DNA of 64,000 nucleotides from Octopus vulgaris (lineage: Eukaryota), in contig OX597833.1 in the NCBI GenBank assembly GCA_951406725.2, forward strand, positions 63,860,001 through 63,924,000. The letters run 5' to 3'. The number at the start of each line of letters is the position of its first letter. Positions within the stretch are counted from its first letter, which is position 1. This document shows, piece after piece, positions 14,521 through 27,439 of the stretch. The notes under the pieces were generated by a model, which did not search any database, was not told the DNA's origin, and worked only from the letters and a program-made list of their open reading frames with translations. The position numbers were made by a program, and so were the translations under genes.

Positions 14521-15400
14521 AGAGCTAAAGAGAAGGGAAATAGATTAGTACAAATAACCCTTTCTACTTTAAGCGGAAGGCCAGAAATGTTGGGAGAGGA
14601 GCTAGCCCGTTATATCGGCCCCAGTACTCAAATAGTACTTATTTTATCTGGATAGAAGTCTAAGTTGACCTTGGCAGAATTTGAAATTTGAATGTAGTAA
14701 AGAATGTAGTAAAGACAGACGAGCTAGAAAGAAGGGAAATAGATTAGTACAAATAACCCTTTCTACTTTAAGCGGAAGGCCAGAAATGTTGGGAGAGGAG
14801 CGATCCCGTTACATCGGTCCCAGTACTCAAATAGTACTTATTTCATCAGCCCTGAAAGGATAGATGTCTAAGTTGACCTTGGCGGAATTTGAAATTTGAA
14901 TGTAGTAAAGAATGTAGTAAAGACAGACGAGCTAGAAAGAAGGGAAATAGATTAGTACAAATAACCCTTTCTACTTTAAGCGGAAGGCCAGAAATGTTGG
15001 GAGAGGAGCGATCCCGTTACATCGGTCCCAGTACTCAAATAGTACTTATTTCATCAGCCCTGAAAGGATAGATGTCTAAGTTGACCTTGGCGGAATTTGA
15101 AATTTGAATGTAGTAAAGAATGTAGTAAAGACAGACAGCTAGAAAGACGAGCTAGAAAAGAGAAATAGATTAGTACAAATAACCCTTTCTACTTTAAGCG
15201 GAAGGCCAGAAATGTTGGGAGAGGGGCGATCCCGTTACATCGGTCCCAGTACTCAAATAGTACTTATTTCATCAGCCCTGAAAGGAGAGATGTCTAAGTT
15301 GACCTTGGCGGAATTTGAAATTAGAATGTAGTAAAAACACACGAAATGCTGCCAAGTATTTTAGGCGGCGCCCTAGCAATTCTAGCAGCCTGTCGCCTTA
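14521..15400 (-). repeat. Tandem array of about four 208-bp units containing a SINE B-related variant
   Basis: Identical ORFs at 14681 and 14889 give a period of 208 bp. Each unit has GTTGACCTTGGCGGAATTTGAA; the SINE head is present only at 15330-15400. Confidence 0.85.
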
Positions 15401-15671
15401 GAGACGAAAATGTTAATTAAAGAAGTAAGCAATAAGAAATATGACCGTGAGTTCTGAAGATGGTGGTTGGAATATAAAGAACCATATCTAGATAACATCT
15501 TAATGTAGTATTCGGAACAGAGCGGTAGTTGTGGCTTTAATAATCATAAACGCAAAATTTGTAGAATCATAAATTAAAGATAGGTTTATGAGTCATCAAA
15601 GAACGATAATACAGATACACAATTATGGATGTCTATAGAAACAGATATCAACAGAACGACTTATATTCATA

Positions 15672-16055
15672 CTGGCAGTATCGCCCGGCGTTGCTCAGGT
15701 TTGTAAGGGAAATAACTATAAAGCATTTTTAGAGAGTTATAGCCAAAAAATAGCAAAAAAATGGAAAAAAATGATGGTAAATTTTTTTTTGAGATTTAAA
15801 AAAGGTAGAGTTGCGTCCCCTAGACTGTTTGTGGTTCGTATTCCTGATTCTCGACCCCATGTCGAATTTATCGATTTTTTTCAGAACTGGGGGAACTTTT
15901 CAAAATTTTCGCTGCGTTAGTTTTGAATTATGACATTGGGCTATGTGTGTGTCAAGTTTCATCAGAATCGGTTGAAAGCCGTGGTCAGGGTGAGGGTACG
16001 AGAAAACAGACACACAGAAAACGCACAGACAAACTGCCGTTTATATAGAGAGAGA
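15672..16055 (-). mobile_element. Non-autonomous Helitron
   Basis: On the minus strand: starts A|TCTCTCTCTATATAAA (5' TC), has a subterminal GC hairpin CCTGAGCAACGCCGGG, and ends CCAG|T (consensus CTAG); inserted at an A/T site. Confidence 0.7.
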
Positions 16056-16162
16056 TATATTACACTCACCATCGCAATATTTAATAAATATACACGTATA
16101 CATATATGTATATAACGGTAAATACTTAATTGGACGTATGTACGGAAGTATATGTTCTCTTA

Positions 16163-16337
16163 TTCTTTTACTCTTTTACTTGCTTCAGTTATTTGACTGC
16201 GACCATGCTGGAGCACCTCCCTTAGTCGAGCAAATCGATCCCAGGACTTATTCTTTGTAAACCTAGTACTTGTTCTATCAGTCTCTTTTGCCGAACCTCT
16301 GAGTTACGGGGACGTAAACACAGTTTTCAACATCGGT
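16163..16337 (-). mobile_element. SINE A 3' fragment
   Basis: Reverse complement of the SINE A tail. Confidence 0.8.
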
Positions 16338-16340
16338 TTT

Positions 16341-17222
16341 CAAAACTGCCTAAATACCACTCTGGAGAAATTAGGCTTCTCAAAACCAAAAAGGAGAAAC
16401 CAAATTCGAAGACTACAGATCCAATCCATCACTGGAACTGTAAAAATCTGTAAAATTTTCCAGGGTGTTTTATCAATTAAAATATATATTAGCATGCCTA
16501 GATATGCAACTACATTCATGAGAAGACATACATAGAAAATCTGCACATATACATACATTCATATATACATACATGGATGCAGGCAAGCATGTATGCATGC
16601 ATGTATACCTACCTACCTACCTACCTACCTACCTATCTACCTACCTACCTACCTACATACATACATACATACATACATACATACATACCTACCTACCTAC
16701 TTACCTACCAACCTACCTACCTACCTACCTACCTACCTACCTACCTACCTACCTACCTACCTACCTACGTACCTACCAACCTACCTACCTACCTACCTAC
16801 CAACCAACCTACCTACTTACCTACCTACCTACCTACCTACCTACCTACCTACCTACAAACCTACCAACCTACCTACCTACCTATCTACCAACCAACCTAC
16901 CTACCTACCTACCTACCTACCAACCTACCAACCTACCTACCTACCTACCTACCTACCAACCAACCTACCTACTTACCTACCTACCTACCTACCTACTACC
17001 TACCTACCTACATACCTACCTACCAACCAACCTACCTACCTACCTAGCTGCCTAGCTACCTAGCTACCTGCGTACCTACCTATATATATACATACATACA
17101 TATATACAAAAATACCCTGTTGTTGATGTTGAAATCCCAATGAAGGAGCTTTTGATCTAGGTTAGATTCCGGATTTTCCTCCATTGGCAAGAAATCTTGA
17201 AATAAAAATGAATAATGACATA
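16341..17222 (+). repeat. Unclassified interspersed repeat H with an expanded internal (CCTA)n/(TACA)n tract
   Basis: Shares CCAATCCATCACTGGAACTGTAAAAATCTGTAAAA and ATTGGCAAGAAATCTTGAAATAAAA with 45612-46024. Confidence 0.75.
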
Positions 17223-17256
17223 CATACATACATGCATACATACATACATACACACA

Positions 17257-17290
<34 letters not shown>

Positions 17291-17834
17291 CATACATACA
17301 TACATACATATATACATACATACATACATATATACATACATACATACATACATACATACATACATACATACATGCATACATACATACATATATACATACA
17401 AACATACATATATACATGCATACATACATACATATATACATACATACATACATACATATATTCATACATACATACATATATACATACATACATACATACA
17501 TACATACATGCATGCATACATATATACATACATACATACATACATATATACATACATACATACATACATACATACATACATACATACACACATACATACA
17601 TGCATATATACATACGAATACATACGTACACACATAGATGTATGTGACTGATTTGTTCCCAAAGGTGATGGCATTTGTTTCACTTTTATCATGATTCTAA
17701 CAAGAAATCAAGGAATCTCAAGAAGAGTCTCATTTTCCCGAAATTTCGCTTCGTTACAAAGAATCAGATTCTTCATTTATTTATTTTTTTTTGCTACAGC
17801 TGGAATTCTAAGAGCGGTTTGAAATAGAAACATG

Positions 17835-17924
<90 letters not shown>

Positions 17925-18259
17925 CTATATATTTCATGTACAATTTTATATATTTGTGAATACAAATATATACACACAAATACCTACATTTTACGCACAT
18001 TTTCACACACAAACACACACAAACACACGCACATGCACGCACACGTACACACACACATATACCACACACACATGTACGTACATTTGTACACGCCTTTCTA
18101 TTTTCTTTTGAGAGGAGTAACTTAGATTACAATAATTATCAACATATGCTCTACCCCGATTTTAATACGAGTACGTTCATTCTCTTGTAACTCGTATATA
18201 CCTTATACACACATGCATCGCACATATACATGCATTCATCATATATATGTATGTATATA

Positions 18260-18298
<39 letters not shown>

Positions 18299-18405
18299 AT
18301 ATATATATATATATATATATATGATACATTCATACATTTCTTTACATGCAAACATACATGTATGCATACATACATACACGTCTACAAATATTCACACAGA
18401 ATACA

Positions 18406-18482
<77 letters not shown>

Positions 18483-18559
18483 ATACATATACATACATAT
18501 ACATATATATATATATACATATACATACATATATATATTTATATATACACACATACATG

Positions 18560-18603
<44 letters not shown>

Positions 18604-19048
18604 TGTGTATGTGTATCTCTCTCTCCTTTTCTCCTCTCAATCTATTTATATTATAAATACATGTGTGTATATTTGTGTGTGAGACGTCTGTGTATTTATA
18701 TATATGTGTTTGTGTGTGTGAGTGTATGTGTGTATGTGTGTGTCTGTGCGCACTGTCAGACTAGTGCATGTGCACCCTCATTGATATATCTAAACCTGCA
18801 CTATGATAAATTAGCCCCTTTTTTTCTCATTCCCTCCTATTCTTCAGTCAATATCTCTTCCCCTCTTTCTTTGTCTCACACCCTCGTCATCCTCGTCCCC
18901 CTCTCTCACTCTCTCTCTCTCTCTCTCTCACACTGTACTTTTTCTCGTCTTTTATCGTTTTTCTTGAAGTATATACTTTCTCCCATTCAGCCATTTTGTT
19001 TTTTCTTATATGTGAACGTTGTTTTAATTTCCCCCTACTGTTATTCAG

Positions 19049-19159
19049 CTAATTTCGAAGATTTACGATGCCAGATGGTACCCACTACACGATAAGGAAT
19101 ATCAGGAAGAAGGAAGAAGCAAGAATACTGTCCCTATTCTTCACCAAAACGGAAAATGA
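19049..19159 (+). CDS. Candidate terminal exon ([36 protein letters not shown])
   Basis: TTTTAATTTCCCCCTACTGTTATTCAG acceptor followed by ~1 kb of microsatellite-free, UTR-like sequence; reading frame unverified. Confidence 0.25.
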   Translation, partial: LISKIYDARWYPLHDKEYQEEGRSKNTVPILHQNGK

Positions 19160-19370
19160 AAGAAACCAAGATATCTGTAGAGATCGGAACAGCGCAGAAC
19201 AGACCCGACCAGATCATGCCATAAGACATTCTTCTGTGATAGATAACGAGTTGAAAAGATATTTAAGCAACCTCCACTATCTCCCCCTGCTATCAACAGG
19301 ATTTACACTGTATAAATGTTAAAAAAATACAACTCTTAGTGGCCTCTCTGATAATAAATATATTTATACA

Positions 19371-19808
19371 TCATGAAATTTAGAAGCTCTGTGTGTGCTC
19401 ATTATTATTGCTAGACAACACAGTTAAAATTTCTTTCAATCTATGTGATGTCGACGTTGTAAAAATACAGGCGATAAATTTTTAGAAAATAGTCGCAAAT
19501 GCCTTATCTGAAAATAAGCGGGGATTGTTATGGTTGGATTGCTTAAATCATAGGTCTGCTTGAGCACAGTTGAGCTCTGGTTACAGCATGAACCTTGGAA
19601 GTTCTTTCTGTGCGTGTGCTCAGTTTTATTGCTAGACAGCACAGCTAAAATTTCTTTCGAATCACATGATGCCAACATTATGAAAGTACGAAGAATAGTT
19701 ATTTGGGGTGATAGTCGTGAATGCCTCTACTGAAAATAAGCTGGTAGTGTCATGGTTGGATCGCTTAGATCAATCGCAGGCTTGAGTATGGTTGAACTGT
19801 GACTACAA
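19371..19808 (+). repeat. Diverged ~220-bp tandem duplication
   Basis: GTGTGCTC..TATTGCTAGACA(A/G)CACAG(T/C)TAAAATTTCTTTC, CTGAAAATAAGC and ATGGTTGGAT each occur twice, about 220 bp apart. Confidence 0.75.
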
Positions 19809-20088
19809 AACAACAACAAGAAGAAGCGTGTAGCAACCAGCAACTACGGGCTACTGAAAGAATCTCTACAATGTGGAGACTCCTTCAGTATCACTTAGTT
19901 GCTGGTACTCAACAGGTCCCAGCTTTTCTCTTGGTGTCCATAAAAGATTTCGCTGTTAAAATTTGTGTAATAACCAATCATATTCAACAATACATAAAAT
20001 ATTTCGACAATTCTCATACAATTCCTAATAGTATTTAATCATAAATATATAATAGGAGGTTTCAGACTTCGAAGGGCTATGAGTGTCT

Positions 20089-20474
20089 CGTGGAGGCGCA
20101 ATGGTCCAGTGATTAGGGCAGCGGACTCACGGTCGTGGGATCGGGATTTCGATTCCGAGACCGGGCATTATGAAGGTTTATTGAGCGAAAACACGTAAAT
20201 CTCAACGAGGCTTCGGCAGGGGGTGGTGACGAACCCTGCTGTACTCTTTCAACACAACTTTCTCTCGCTCTTTCTTCCTGTTTCTCTTGTACCTGTATTT
20301 CAAAGGGCCAGCCCTGTCACGTTCTTTGTCATGCTGAATCTCCTCCGAGAACTACGTTATGGGTACACGTGTCTATGGAGTGCAAAGCCATTGTACGTTA
20401 ATTTCACGATCAGGCCGTTCCGTTGATCGGACCAACTGGAACCCTCGTCGTCGTAACCGACGGAGTGCCACGAC
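20089..20474 (+). mobile_element. SINE C, full length, 8-bp TSD
   Basis: tRNA-like head GGAGGCGCAATGGTCCAGTG...TTCGATTCC; GAGTGTCT at 20081-20088 and 20475-20482. Confidence 0.9.
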
Positions 20475-20914
20475 GAGTGTCTTACAACCTGAGTAAAATA
20501 GGAATGAAAAGGCTCCATATGTAAAAAAAAAAAATGGTTGAGAAACGTTGCTCTCTACGTGATTATTCGCTCGTTAGAAATATCAGCTAAATTTTACTCA
20601 AATCATACATTGTCGCCCTAAATGAGAACTTTTTGAATAATCTGCTTCTATGTTCCCTGCAAATTCGGAAACCGACGGGATTTTCAGGGATGGAAAAATA
20701 AAAAAAACGGCAAGCAAATAACAATCAGCTACCTAAATCAAATCACGGCACATTCGTTGATGTAGTACTAGATACACGATGCTTGATGGTTTGCTCATGA
20801 CAGGACATTTCATTAGCATTTCTGCAGGAATGCTGTTGATAAGGTCCAAAGCAACAACAAGCAGTAGAATATATTACTACTACTACTACTAGTAGTAGTA
20901 GTAGTAGTAGAAGC

Positions 20915-20949
<35 letters not shown>

Positions 20950-21366
20950 CAATGGTGATAGTAGTGGTTGCATGGGGTTTTTCTGTCTGTCTGTTTTCTT
21001 TCTTTTTTCTTACTTTCTTTTTTTCTGTCTTTCTTTCTTTCTTTCTTTCTTTACCATACACTATTCTTTTCTACTCTAGGGACAAGGCCAGAAAATTTGG
21101 AGCAAAAGCCAGTCGCAACTGGGAAAAATGGTAAGAGGCTTAGTGCCTCGTTTTGTTATTGAATATTGTGAACAGAGTAAGAGGTTTATTACCCCAGGAA
21201 TAATATGTGAGATCAATGTTCTCGGGAAACAACGATCGGCGTGGGGCGCTGTTTCCCCCATTAATTATTATTTTCATTTTTCATTTCATATAACATTATG
21301 TCTGTGTCCAGCCCGCACCTTCCTCTCTCTATGTAAGGCCTTTATGGCCAATATTATGAAATAAAG

Positions 21367-21790
21367 AGGAGTGGCTGTTGTGGTAAGTAGCTTGCTAACC
21401 AACCACATGGTTCCGGGTTCAGTCCCCTGCGTGGCATCTTGGGCAGGTGTCTTCTGTTATAGCCTCGGGCCGACCAATGCCTTGTGAGTGGATTTGGTAG
21501 ACGGAAACTGAAAGAAGCCTGTCGTATATATGTAAATATATATGTATGTATGTGTGTGTATATGTTTGAGTGTCTGTGTTTGTCCCCCTAGCATTGCTTG
21601 ACAACCGATGCTGGTGTGTTTACGTCCCCGTCACTTAGCGGTTCGGCAAAAGAGACGACCGATAGAATAAGTACTGGGCTTACAAAAAGAATAAGTCCTG
21701 GGGTTGATTTGCTCGACTAAAGGCGGTGCTCCAGCATGGCCGCAGTCAAATGAATGAAACAAGTAAAAGAGTAAAAGAGTAAAAGAGTAA
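21367..21790 (+). mobile_element. SINE A, full length
   Basis: Head through to a (GTAAAAGA)n tail. Confidence 0.9.
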
Positions 21791-22037
21791 ACTGCAACCA
21801 AGAAAAAATACAGAGATGTTTATAAGCGCATTGTAAGCACAGTCCGAGGTTACGATCAAAATCTAAAACAGTATTTGCGGGCAATTTCAATGAACCTATA
21901 TGATTTTTAGCTTGTTAGTTTCTTAGCTTAACTTTTTAAATAAAAGTGTAAGAGCTTCACTACATTAATTTTTATCTTTTATCCTACTCTTCTTATGCTT
22001 TACAACAAAATGTCATTGCAGCTGTACTCTGAGTTGT

Positions 22038-22106
22038 CTCACGGCGAATAGTCCTACGGTCGATTCTCCTACGGCGAAATGCCTTACGGTGAATTGTCCT
22101 AGATCC
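22038..22106. repeat. 15-bp periodic repeat (TACGGCGAAATGTCC-like, four units)
   Basis: Four degenerate units ending in AGATCC; resembles the subterminal repeats of a DNA transposon end. Confidence 0.6.
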
Positions 22107-22550
22107 AATAGCCATGTCTGTTTTCTTGGATATCCAGGCTCCGTTCTATGTCGAATTTGAAACCTCATCTTCCTGTACATCTTCCTTCATTCTAACAATT
22201 AGAAATAAATAAATAAATAAATAAATAAATAGATAAATAAACAAACAAACACAGTTACACCCAGATTTTGTTAGCCTGAGTCAAATCTATCTCTAACAAA
22301 GTAATTTCGTTGAGTTTATGAAAACCACCCGGTTCTCATTCTTCGGGACGTGTAACGTGTACTTGTTTCATGCACAGGATAGAGGTCATAGGTCAAACGA
22401 GAGTGATAACAGCCTTCATCTGCCATGTTCTATTTCAATCTGCGTAACCTTTTTGTTTTGCTAATATTATTTTAGTTTTTTTATTTTCTTGCACTTTCTT
22501 ATTTTTGGCTCACACTTTCTTATCTAAGTCTGTCTGTTTGTCTCTCCTAT

Positions 22551-22589
<39 letters not shown>

Positions 22590-22660
22590 CTCAATCGCTC
22601 TTTCTGTGTCTAGTTCTCATTCTCTCTTCCTACATCTGGCTACATATGTGTATGTATGCC

Positions 22661-22732
<72 letters not shown>

Positions 22733-23437
22733 CTCTCTCTCTCTCTATCTATCTGTCTATCTCTCTCTCTCTCTCTATCTATCAATCTATCTATCTATCT
22801 TATTAGTACCCTACCAATATGGTATTACTCTACCAATATGGCATTGCGTGAAATATAGAAAGACAGAGAGAAATATAGCTATATATGTGTCTGAATGTGT
22901 GTGTGTGTGTGTGTGTATGTGTGTGTGTCTGTATGTGTGTGCGTCTGTGTGTTTGTGTCTGTGTCGGTGTGTACCTAACCTCTATATAAATATCTGTGCC
23001 AGTATTCTTATAGTTATGTGCCACTGAACAAAAGCTTGCGCCATGTGACTTTGACTTCACGCAAATAAACAACGCGGAATGTTTTCGTTTCTGGTTTTTC
23101 GAAATAAAAATTTTATTGCATTTTAGAAGGCAGCCAGTGTAAAACATGAACGATGTTGCGTCGGTTTCCTGAGGCAAGTCAGAGGGAAAAAAAGGAAAAA
23201 GGAAATGGCGTCTGCTGCATGATTGCAATGGTGCTGGGAATGACAGGAAGATATTGAATGAACGTTTACCAGTGTGCAGAAAACTGGAAAAAACTGTGGC
23301 GGATGGACAATGTTAGAAGCAGCATCAAACCCTATTCGCTTCCTGACGCTGTCTGACCCATATTCCATCTCCCTTTCATTACACACACACACACACATTG
23401 ACCCACATACACAAACACACACATACAGTCACTCTCT

Positions 23438-23481
<44 letters not shown>

Positions 23482-24092
23482 CACGCACACACACAAAGTC
23501 TCTCTCTCTCTCCCGCACACACTCATGCACACACACAATACGGAAGCGTTTTATGCATTAGAATGGGTGTAGAATAGCTTATAAAACCCATGAGTAACTC
23601 CTGCAGTTTATATATCAATATACGTGTGTATTTTTGTTTTTGTGTGCGTGCGCGCATGCGGCGTGTGTGTGCGTATATATGCATATATATGTACATGTGT
23701 ATATGTGTTTATACATATATATCCATCTGCGTCTGTCTCTCTCTCTCTATATATATGTATATGTATATATATATATCAATATGTGTGCGTATATATACAT
23801 ATATGTATACGTAAATATATACATACACACACACAAACACACACACACACACACATACGTGTCTATATATTAAATTTGTTTATGGGAAACGTTTTGAATA
23901 TGCAAATAAAACCTCTATTCCATTATGCCGGTCACAGGCTGATGATGGTGAATGGTGAACCAATATTTTTGTAGGATAACAGGATAATATATATATGTAT
24001 GTATGTATATATGTATGCATGTATATATAAATATGTACATATATGTAGATATATATTTGTGTGTGCGTGTATGTATATATATGATCATACAT

Positions 24093-24174
<82 letters not shown>

Positions 24175-24263
24175 ACCCCAGCATATATGTATGTCGCCAT
24201 GATTGACCGTTAACGCCACAAGTTTTTATTTATTCTCTGTCTCTGTTTATTTCGTCGTGTTCG

Positions 24264-24297
24264 TTTCTGTTGCAGAGCATGGGCTCGAAACATAAAA
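24264..24297 (+). ncRNA. Degenerate minimal hammerhead-like motif
   Basis: TTT-CTGTTGC-A-GAGC(ATGG)GCTC-GAAAC-ATA-AAA: stem II intact, core mutated. Confidence 0.35.
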
Positions 24298-24326
24298 GAC
24301 TTTTATATATATATTAATATATATAT

Positions 24327-24724
24327 ATATTAATTCGAACCGGTTTTCGTTTTCCATTCATTTAACAAACATCCTAAATTAAACACCACATGGATTTAAT
24401 CACATGGATCTCAATCCTCCAAGGTAATCTTTTCAAGAACTATCATTGAACTCGAGATACACAAAGACTTTACAATGTATCGGTGTACCTACTTTTTAAT
24501 TTTTGTGTATGTTTATTATTTTTTTGCAAAAAACAACGTAATTTTCTTTTTTCCCCCTCCTCAATTATAAAAAAAATTTCTTTTCACCTTACAATTCTTG
24601 AAAAGTCACATTGTGACGAAAACCGGTTTGAATTAATATTTTTTTGTTAATTTTTCAAAATTTTCCATACACCCATTTTCATTAAAATTTACCTTCAATT
24701 ATATAATTTTATAATTTTTCCTTG

Positions 24725-24730
<6 letters not shown>
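24327..24730 (+). mobile_element. PLE-like relic with a short inverted segment and a degenerate HHR (24595-24632)
   Basis: 24327-24350 is the reverse complement of 24616-24639 (one mismatch). Motif TTC-TTGAAAA-GTCACA(T)TGTGAC-GAAA-ACCGGTTT-GAA; flanked by (TA)n. Confidence 0.5.
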
Positions 24731-24805
<75 letters not shown>

Positions 24806-25566
24806 TGGATCGTGCATGCATGAAGTGGACTCGATCCACCATCACTAAATATAAATTAACACTGCAACAGAACTTTTCCCACGATGGAACAATGGTTTTT
24901 CTCTGACAGCAGTTTTATATTTTCCAGATGCACTTAGCTAGGCCGAAATAATGTCTTCACCACTTGACCCTTTCTAACCTCTTCTACTTCACCAAAAGCT
25001 AGAATAGAGATAAGAAGACCACCAACTAAATGTATTGTTCTCAATGATATGTCTATTCTTCTGGATAGCTATAAAAGCAAGAATACCCCAAGCAAAAAGC
25101 TGTTAGTTCCAATCGGTGGTGACTCAACGAGTACAGTCACATGGTGACGATTCAACGAAGTCTGGCTGACAAGCTAGAACATTGGTCAGAGGGAGAAATG
25201 AAGTTTACTGTCAGCAAATATGAGAAAACACCCTATCATTCTCTCTCGCTCTAATTCTGTTCTATTTGCTTTTTTTTTCAGTTACCTTTAAAGTATGCAC
25301 CCGCGCACATCCGTGCATTTTGCTGCTATGACATCCCCGAGATTAGCGAATCAGGGAGTATGTTTGGTCACACTTCGTATATATTTAAGTACATCATAGA
25401 GACACACTTCCACCTAATGTATAAATTTATATACGTTAATATATGACCACTCCCAGAATAATTCGGTGTGTTGACAACAAGGAAACATCTTCAACAACGA
25501 CGAACGATATAACACCACACAGGATTAATAAACACTTCAACTCTACAACACTATTACACCAAACAG

Positions 25567-25601
<35 letters not shown>

Positions 25602-26109
25602 CGTATGTGTGTGTATATTATATTTACACACAGTATATTGCATATAGTCAATTGATTATGAAGGCTTTAAACACTGTTGGCGCCTGTCTCAGACATTTTC
25701 ATAGACATGTTTATACGTAGGGTTTTTCCAAGCTCTTGGCTTATATTCTAGTGTATATTAGTCACTGGTAATTTAATATTATAACTTGTAGTGGCGATTT
25801 ATTAATGAGTATGTAGTGTTTTATTATTAACTTTTCAACGATGAAATAACGTATTTCACTCATAAAAATATTAGTTAAATTAATTCCAGTCGTGTTTTGT
25901 TTTCCAAAAAAATTTATAAGTTTTTAACTTTTATTATTGTCATATCTATGGAAGACCGGTGGGATTATTATTTATATGGACTTAAAGATGGATCGCAATT
26001 TAGCATATAATTTAGTTATTGCAGTTTACTATTAATACCGATACAAAGTACATTGGTTGAAATGTGCCTTGTTGTAGTTTTAGTAAGGTAAGACGGAGGG
26101 AAAAATCGC

Positions 26110-26156
<47 letters not shown>

Positions 26157-26470
26157 GGGGTACCGTATAAGAGTTTATCAGAAATTCTCTCTGAATTCGG
26201 AAAATTTTGTTGACAGCCTATTGTATCTGTGACATAACGTAGACAATCATTGGAAAGCCACAAAACTGTACTAAAATCCAAATTAGTTAAGATATGTTAT
26301 TCTGAACCAGTATTGCTTCCACTGTTAATAACTAATACACGTACACATGTGTTTGAAAAGTTGAAGAACGAAAGCGCTTAGGAACGAAATAATGCTTTCT
26401 TCGTCGCAAACGTTCTTGAGATTTTGTTCTATATATTGCTTCTTTAAATTCGTACTTAATATATATATAT

Positions 26471-26702
26471 ATATTTCTTTATTGCCCACAAGGGGTTAAG
26501 CATAGAGGGGACAAACACGAACAGAAAAAAGGATTAAGTCGATTACATCGACCCCATTGCGAAACTGTTACTTTATTTATCGACCCCGAAAGGATGAAAG
26601 GCAAAGTTGACCTGGGCGGAATTTGAACTCAGAACGTAACGGCAGATGAAATATCGCTAGGCATTTCGCCCGGCGCGCTAACGGGTCTGCCAACTCACCA
26701 CT
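26471..26702 (-). mobile_element. SINE B monomer
   Basis: Complete head and tail; same family as 4398-4816. Confidence 0.9.
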
Positions 26703-27034
26703 TTAAATATATATATATGATTGTGAACTTGCTTTGGACCGTATGTACAATTATATAGACATATTTCCCCCTGTGTATTGTGTTGACGAAGGGAGAAGGC
26801 TTATTTTTTGCTTTAATCCAGAAATTGGAACTAATTCACAATTAACGTGAGGTTTTTCTAAAATTTTCTCGTACTAGCCTGCGTTCAGCAATGTGTATGA
26901 GTTGCGAACGTTATTCTCCTCCCTATATTCTTCTAACTATTTTTGCCCTTTATTCTTCTATTTTATTCCTTATAAACTGTGAATTTAATTCCTTGTAAAT
27001 TGTAAAATTTCCCCATCAAAAATACTCATACCTT

Positions 27035-27110
27035 GTCTCTGATGACGGAATACCCAAGCAACGGACATGCTGACCAACCACTTGGATCATATCAGAAACA
27101 TCTGTTAGAC
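27035..27110 (+). ncRNA. Type I hammerhead-like motif with a long stem II
   Basis: GTCT-CTGATGA-...CCAAG...CTTGG...-GAAAC-ATCT-GTT-AGAC; stem I is GTCT/AGAC. Confidence 0.6.
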
Positions 27111-27209
27111 TTGAAAGTCACCTTACCCTAATTAAATTATTTTAAATGGCTCGACATACTCGTCCTGTCTTGGTTTTGATTTTTCCTCCAGTATACTATA
27201 ATATAATCT

Positions 27210-27439
27210 GAGACCCCCTTCGGTCACGACACAGACCATGGGATTGCACCTAGAAAGTTATCCAAGGGAAAGGCAAAGGTCGATACAGCTTGGCACCTGT
27301 GACGTCGCAGCTGATTTCTACAACTGAGCGAACTGGAGCAACGTGAAATAAAGTGTCTTGCCCAAGAACACAACACGCAGCCCGGTCCAGGAATCCAGCA
27401 CTCAAACTCACGATCGTAAGCTCGACGCTCTAATCACTG
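27210..27439 (-). mobile_element. SINE family D, internally deleted
   Basis: Matches both ends of 56422-57215. Confidence 0.8.

Noticed and set aside
14842-14860. CTGATGA on the minus strand within the 208-bp units
   Set aside because: No GAAA or stem architecture follows; it is a mutated form of the SINE B GTCGATAA motif.
14521-15400. CRISPR-like or coding interpretation of the regular repeats (also the SINE B arrays)
   Set aside because: Units are long and contiguous with no unique spacers; the context is eukaryotic and there are no cas genes.
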